Positions 60,461-64,000 of a stretch of DNA of 64,000 nucleotides are shown piece after piece. The notes under the pieces were generated by a model. That model had not been told where the DNA came from. It saw only the letters and a program-made list of their open reading frames with translations, and searched no databases. The translations under genes were made by a program, and so were the position numbers. This DNA comes from Chloroflexota bacterium. Its GTDB lineage: Bacteria; Chloroflexota; Anaerolineae; UBA1429. The number at the start of each line of letters is the position of its first letter. The first letter of the stretch is position 1. The DNA lies in the NCBI GenBank assembly GCA_034722245.1, contig JAYENT010000091.1:51492-115491 (forward strand), read 5' to 3'.

Positions 60461-60466
60461 ATTATA
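60461..60466 (-). promoter_or_regulatory. Candidate -10 element (TATAAT) of a dnaG-rpoD operon promoter; weak -35
   Basis: Reverse strand reads gattgtagTATAATagaag, about 165 nt upstream of the dnaG ATG and immediately downstream of the ppdK terminator. Confidence 0.3.
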
Positions 60467-60501
60467 CTACAATCCTCCCAAGGACGTACAATCGCAAAAC
60501 G

Positions 60502-60533
60502 AAAAAAGGCCAGGCCTGAAACCAGACCTGGCC
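60502..60533 (-). terminator. Intrinsic terminator downstream of ppdK
   Basis: Reverse strand reads GGCCAGG...CCTGGCC followed by TTTTTTCG, with an A-run on the opposite flank. Confidence 0.6.
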
Positions 60534-60564
60534 ACCATTTGCTTACAGCCCGATCGAAGTGGGG

Positions 60565-63231
60565 CTATTCCTCCTCAAGCGCCGCATGCGCAGCCGCCAG
60601 GCGCGCCACGGGAACACGATAAGGAGAAGCACTCACATACTTGAGCCCTGTACGGTGGAAAAAGTGGATGGAAGCGGCATCGCCACCGTGCTCACCGCAG
60701 ATTCCAATCTCGATATCGGGCCGCGTCTCTTTGCCGGCCTCGACAGCCATGGCCACCAGCTTCCCCACGCCATCCTCGTCCAGCGTCTGGAAGGGATTGT
60801 TCGGCAGGATGTCCCGCTGCACATAATCGAGCAGGAACTTGCCCTCCGCGTCGTCCCGAGAGAAGCCAAAGGTCATCTGTGTCAGATCATTGGTGCCAAA
60901 GGAAAAGAACTCGGCATACTCTGCCAATTCACCCGCCGTAAGCGCACTCCGCGGCGTCTCGATCATGGTGCCAAACTTGTAGTCGATGGTTACGCCCTCT
61001 TCCTTCATCACCTGTTGGGCAACTTCTTCCAGCTTTTCTCGCTCTGCCCGTAACTCGTTGACGTGGCTCACCAGAGGGATCATCACCTCCACGTGTACGC
61101 CGACGCCCCGCTTGGCCTGGCGGCAACCAGCCTCGAAGATGGCTCGCACCTGCATCTCCGTGAGCCCGGGATACATGAGCCCTGCCCGGCACCCGCGCAG
61201 GCCCATCATGGGATTGATCTCCCACTGGGCCTCTACGACCTCCAGCATGGCTTCCTTCTCCGCCAGTTTCTCCGGGTTCTCGCCCGTGCAACGCAACTTC
61301 ACCACATCTTCCAGCAGTTCCTGTCGATTGGGAAGGAACTCGTGCATGGGAGGATCGATCAGCCGGATGATAACGGGGAGCCCGTCCATGACCTCAAAGA
61401 TGCCTTCAAAATCGTCCCGCTGATAAGGAAGCAGACGTTCAAGGGCAGCCAATCGCTCCTTCTCCGTCTTGGCCATGATCATCTCCACCACAATGGGCCG
61501 ACGCTCCTCCTCAAAGAACATATGCTCTGTGCGACAAAGGCCGATTCCCTCGGCGCCAAAGTCCCGCGCACGCTGGGCATCGTCGGGATAATCGGCATTG
61601 GTATAGACACCCAATTCCCGAATATCATCCGCCCAGCCCAAAAGCGAGGCTAGTTCTTTCTCCTTGTCTATATCGATGTCGGTGGTGGGGATGGCACCCA
61701 CAAACACCTCTCCGGTGGTGCCGTCGATGGAGATGACGTCTCCCTCCTCGACAACGCGGTTATCGACCGTGAACCGCCTGCTCTCGGGTTCCACATTGAT
61801 CATCTCACAGCCGGTGACGCAGGGAAGGTTGTTCCCCCGCGCTACCACGGCGGCGTGAGAGGTCGCGCCGCCATGCTGGGTGAGCACGCCCCGAGATAGC
61901 AGCATGCCCCCCACGTCATCGGGCGAGGTCTCGGGACGGACCAGTATCACGTCTTCGCCGGCCTCCCCCCGCTCCATGGCCCGCGCAGAATCAAAAATGG
62001 CTACGCCCTGCGCTGCCCCCGGCGACGCATCCAACCCTTTGGCAATCAGGTCACCACGCTCTGTGGCTGCCTGCTTGGCCTCCAGATCGAACATGGGATG
62101 CAGCATGGCGTCCACCTGGTCGGGTGTCACCCGCTCAATGGCCTCGCACTGAGAGATCAGGCCCTCGTTGGCCATATCTACGGCGATCTTGATGGCCGCA
62201 CGTGCCGTACGCTTGCCGGTGCGGGTCTGCAGGATCCACAGCTTGCCCTTTTCCACCGTGAGCTCCACGTCCTGCATATCCCGATAGTGCTTCTCCAACG
62301 TATCGGCCACCTCTTGGAACTGCTCAAAGATCTCGGGATTGACCCGTTGTAGCTCCTGGATATCCAGGGGCGTGCGAATACCTGCCACCACGTCCTCTCC
62401 CTGCGCGTTGACAAGGTACTCGCCGTACAATTCGTCCGTCCCGTCACTGGGATTCCGCGTGAAGGCCACGCCCGTGCCCGAGTCCTCACCCATGTTGCCA
62501 AAAACCATGGTGACCACGTTGACCGCCGTTCCCCAGTCATCGGATATGTCGTGCAGACGTCTGTACGTGGCAGCGTTGGGGCCAAACCAGGAATCGAACA
62601 CGGCCTCGATGGCCTCGCGAAGCTGCTGCCACACGTCATCGGGAAATGGCTCCCCCAATTCCTTCTCGTACAACGTTTTGTAATCGGCCACGATATCCTT
62701 GAGCATAGCCACTGTGAGATCGGTATCCCGGCCCCCCTCCGTCTTGGCCTTGTAAGACTCGAGTATCTCGTCAAAGAGCGCGCCATCGATCCCCTTTACG
62801 ATGCGGCCAAACATGGAGATCAGCCGGCGATATGAATCATAGGCAAAGCGCGAATCGTCTGCCAACTCGGCCAAGCCTTTGAGCGTCCTTGGATTCAGGC
62901 CCACGTTTAGAACCGTGTCCATCATGCCGGGCATGGATACGCGAGCACCAGAGCGCACCGACACCAACAGAGGATTGTCAACATCGCCGAATCCCTTACC
63001 CGTTGCCTCCTCCACCGCCTCCATGGCCCCTTGCACCTGCTCCCACATGCCCGCCGGGAACTGCCGATCGTTATCAAAGTAAGCCAGACAGGCCTCAGTA
63101 GTACACGTAAAACCCGGAGGCACGGGCAAGCCTGCATTGGTCATCTCTGCCAGGCCCGCTCCTTTGCCCCCGAGCAGATCCCTCATATCCTTGTCTCCTT
63201 CTGAGAAAAGGTACACCCATTTAGTTGCCAT
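60565..63231 (-). CDS. ppdK: Pyruvate, phosphate dikinase
   Basis: 888 aa; N-terminal ATP-grasp (MATKWVYLFSEG...GGKGAGLAEM), central phospho-His domain (GGATSHAAVVARG) and a C-terminal PEP-utilising TIM barrel. Confidence 0.95.
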   Translation of the reverse strand: MATKWVYLFSEGDKDMRDLLGGKGAGLAEMTNAGLPVPPGFTCTTEACLAYFDNDRQFPAGMWEQVQGAMEAVEEATGKGFGDVDNPLLVSVRSGARVSMPGMMDTVLNVGLNPRTLKGLAELADDSRFAYDSYRRLISMFGRIVKGIDGALFDEILESYKAKTEGGRDTDLTVAMLKDIVADYKTLYEKELGEPFPDDVWQQLREAIEAVFDSWFGPNAATYRRLHDISDDWGTAVNVVTMVFGNMGEDSGTGVAFTRNPSDGTDELYGEYLVNAQGEDVVAGIRTPLDIQELQRVNPEIFEQFQEVADTLEKHYRDMQDVELTVEKGKLWILQTRTGKRTARAAIKIAVDMANEGLISQCEAIERVTPDQVDAMLHPMFDLEAKQAATERGDLIAKGLDASPGAAQGVAIFDSARAMERGEAGEDVILVRPETSPDDVGGMLLSRGVLTQHGGATSHAAVVARGNNLPCVTGCEMINVEPESRRFTVDNRVVEEGDVISIDGTTGEVFVGAIPTTDIDIDKEKELASLLGWADDIRELGVYTNADYPDDAQRARDFGAEGIGLCRTEHMFFEEERRPIVVEMIMAKTEKERLAALERLLPYQRDDFEGIFEVMDGLPVIIRLIDPPMHEFLPNRQELLEDVVKLRCTGENPEKLAEKEAMLEVVEAQWEINPMMGLRGCRAGLMYPGLTEMQVRAIFEAGCRQAKRGVGVHVEVMIPLVSHVNELRAEREKLEEVAQQVMKEEGVTIDYKFGTMIETPRSALTAGELAEYAEFFSFGTNDLTQMTFGFSRDDAEGKFLLDYVQRDILPNNPFQTLDEDGVGKLVAMAVEAGKETRPDIEIGICGEHGGDAASIHFFHRTGLKYVSASPYRVPVARLAAAHAALEEE

Positions 63232-63279
63232 ATAGACCCCCCTGATTATCAGGAAATCGCTTCACACCCAAACACTACA

Positions 63280-63308
63280 AGTATAGTTTTGTGCTCATCT
63301 TTTGGCAA
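63280..63308 (-). promoter_or_regulatory. Candidate sigma-70 promoter for ppdK (TTGCCA-17-TATACT); its -10 overlaps one arm of a 12-bp inverted repeat
   Basis: Reverse strand reads acTTGCCAaaagatgagcacaaaacTATACTtgtagtgtttggg...AGGGGGtctatATG. Confidence 0.45.
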
Positions 63309-63719
63309 GTTAAACGTGGCACACTCCAGCAAAAGGAAATAGAAGGGGAAAGGCAAATCCCTTCGAGAAGGGCAAATCTGCCACGAACACAGTGAGATGG
63401 GCCAAAAAGCGTATGTGAACTTGATATGTTCGGCTCATGACGAAATAGCCTATAATCTTTATACTTGTAGTTGTGTTCGGGAGAGACGCGAAACTTTCTT
63501 TCGACATCGGGCTGGCGGCTCTTGATCGAGTGCGACAGTCATTCTTCTTCTCCTTAGCAAGGCGGGCCCTGCTGGCCGCGGTTAGGTGGCGGTTGGGAGG
63601 GTTCGCCGTAACTTTGTGCATACCACTTCCACAAAAGCAGATTCCTTGATACAATAAGAGCCATGAGTGCTCCATAGGTCAGAGTCGACGAAATAACTGC
63701 ATTTGGAGAGTGTGCCGAT

Positions 63720-64000
63720 ATGGAACCGATCCGCATCTTGCTAGCTGACGATCACATCATGGTCCGCGAGGGGACAAAACGCATCCTGGAGCGAGAGCCC
63801 GATCTAGAAATCGTGGCACAAGCCGACGATGGCCGCGAGGCGGTCGAGCTCGTGCGAAGCACGGAACCCGATTTGGCCATCATTGACATCAGCATGCCCG
63901 TGATGAATGGCATTGAGGCCACAAAGGAGATCAAACGCATTGCCCCAAAGACGGCCATCCTCATCCTCACGGCCTACGACGACGACGAGTACGTATTCGC
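63720..64000 (+). CDS. NarL/LuxR-family two-component response regulator (receiver domain; 3' end beyond the window)
   Basis: MEPIRILLADDHIMVREGTKRILEREPDLEIVAQADDGREAVELV...DISMPVMNGIEATKEIK is the REC-domain signature, with phospho-acceptor Asp in IIDISMP. Confidence 0.85.
   Translation, partial: MEPIRILLADDHIMVREGTKRILEREPDLEIVAQADDGREAVELVRSTEPDLAIIDISMPVMNGIEATKEIKRIAPKTAILILTAYDDDEYVF

Noticed and set aside
62178-62786. 202-aa same-strand ORF inside ppdK
   Set aside because: It is an alternative frame within the ppdK coding sequence with no independent signal.
1-64000. CRISPR arrays, defense islands, phage or integrase genes
   Set aside because: No regularly spaced direct repeats, cas-like genes, integrases or phage structural genes were seen; the only mobile-DNA trace is the transposase remnant at 19004-19589.

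Overview
Read by eye from the sequence and the ORF track only; no searches were run. The window is GC-rich (about 60%) and dominated by core housekeeping genes, apparently from a Chloroflexota-like bacterium. Supporting signs are an isopentenyl-phosphate-kinase fragment plus a diphosphomevalonate-decarboxylase-like gene, a GH57 branching enzyme, leaderless mRNA architecture, and an RNA polymerase beta' subunit with a large insertion. Gene order, with (-) marking reverse-strand genes: partial ipk-like(-), rnz(-), PHP/AlbA_2 fusion(-) and lon(-) as one overlapping operon; DUF89; NifX-like; FlgD-Ig/CARDB lipoprotein; two GT2 glycosyltransferases; a zincin-like metallopeptidase; a class A PBP(-) directly behind rpoC(-); a degenerate IS5/IS1182 transposase remnant; a GntR/LacI-chimera regulator(-), GH57(-) and GH51 abfA(-); Ser/Thr kinase; xseB/xseA(-); queD; mfd(-); pth(-); a Pro/Thr-rich surface protein(-); nusA-infB-rbfA-nrnA-truB-ribF-rtcB; ugd; pyridoxamine-5'-phosphate-oxidase-like protein(-); orphan histidine kinase; tRNA-His(-); FecR-like; recD2; ino1; AhpD-like(-); tyrS(-); TauE; MVD-like; tRNA-Asn(-); rpoD(-) and dnaG(-); ppdK(-); partial response regulator. 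I found no CRISPR array, no obvious defense island and no intact mobile element. The strongest unexplained signal is a roughly 120-nt hairpin-rich element present twice, in the rpoC 5' leader and the rpoD 3' UTR, with compensatory base changes that preserve its stems. The second is a PHP-phosphoesterase/Schlafen-like AlbA_2 fusion translationally coupled to Lon and followed by RNase Z. No convincing complete novel system was found; the remaining findings are smaller regulatory and architectural observations.
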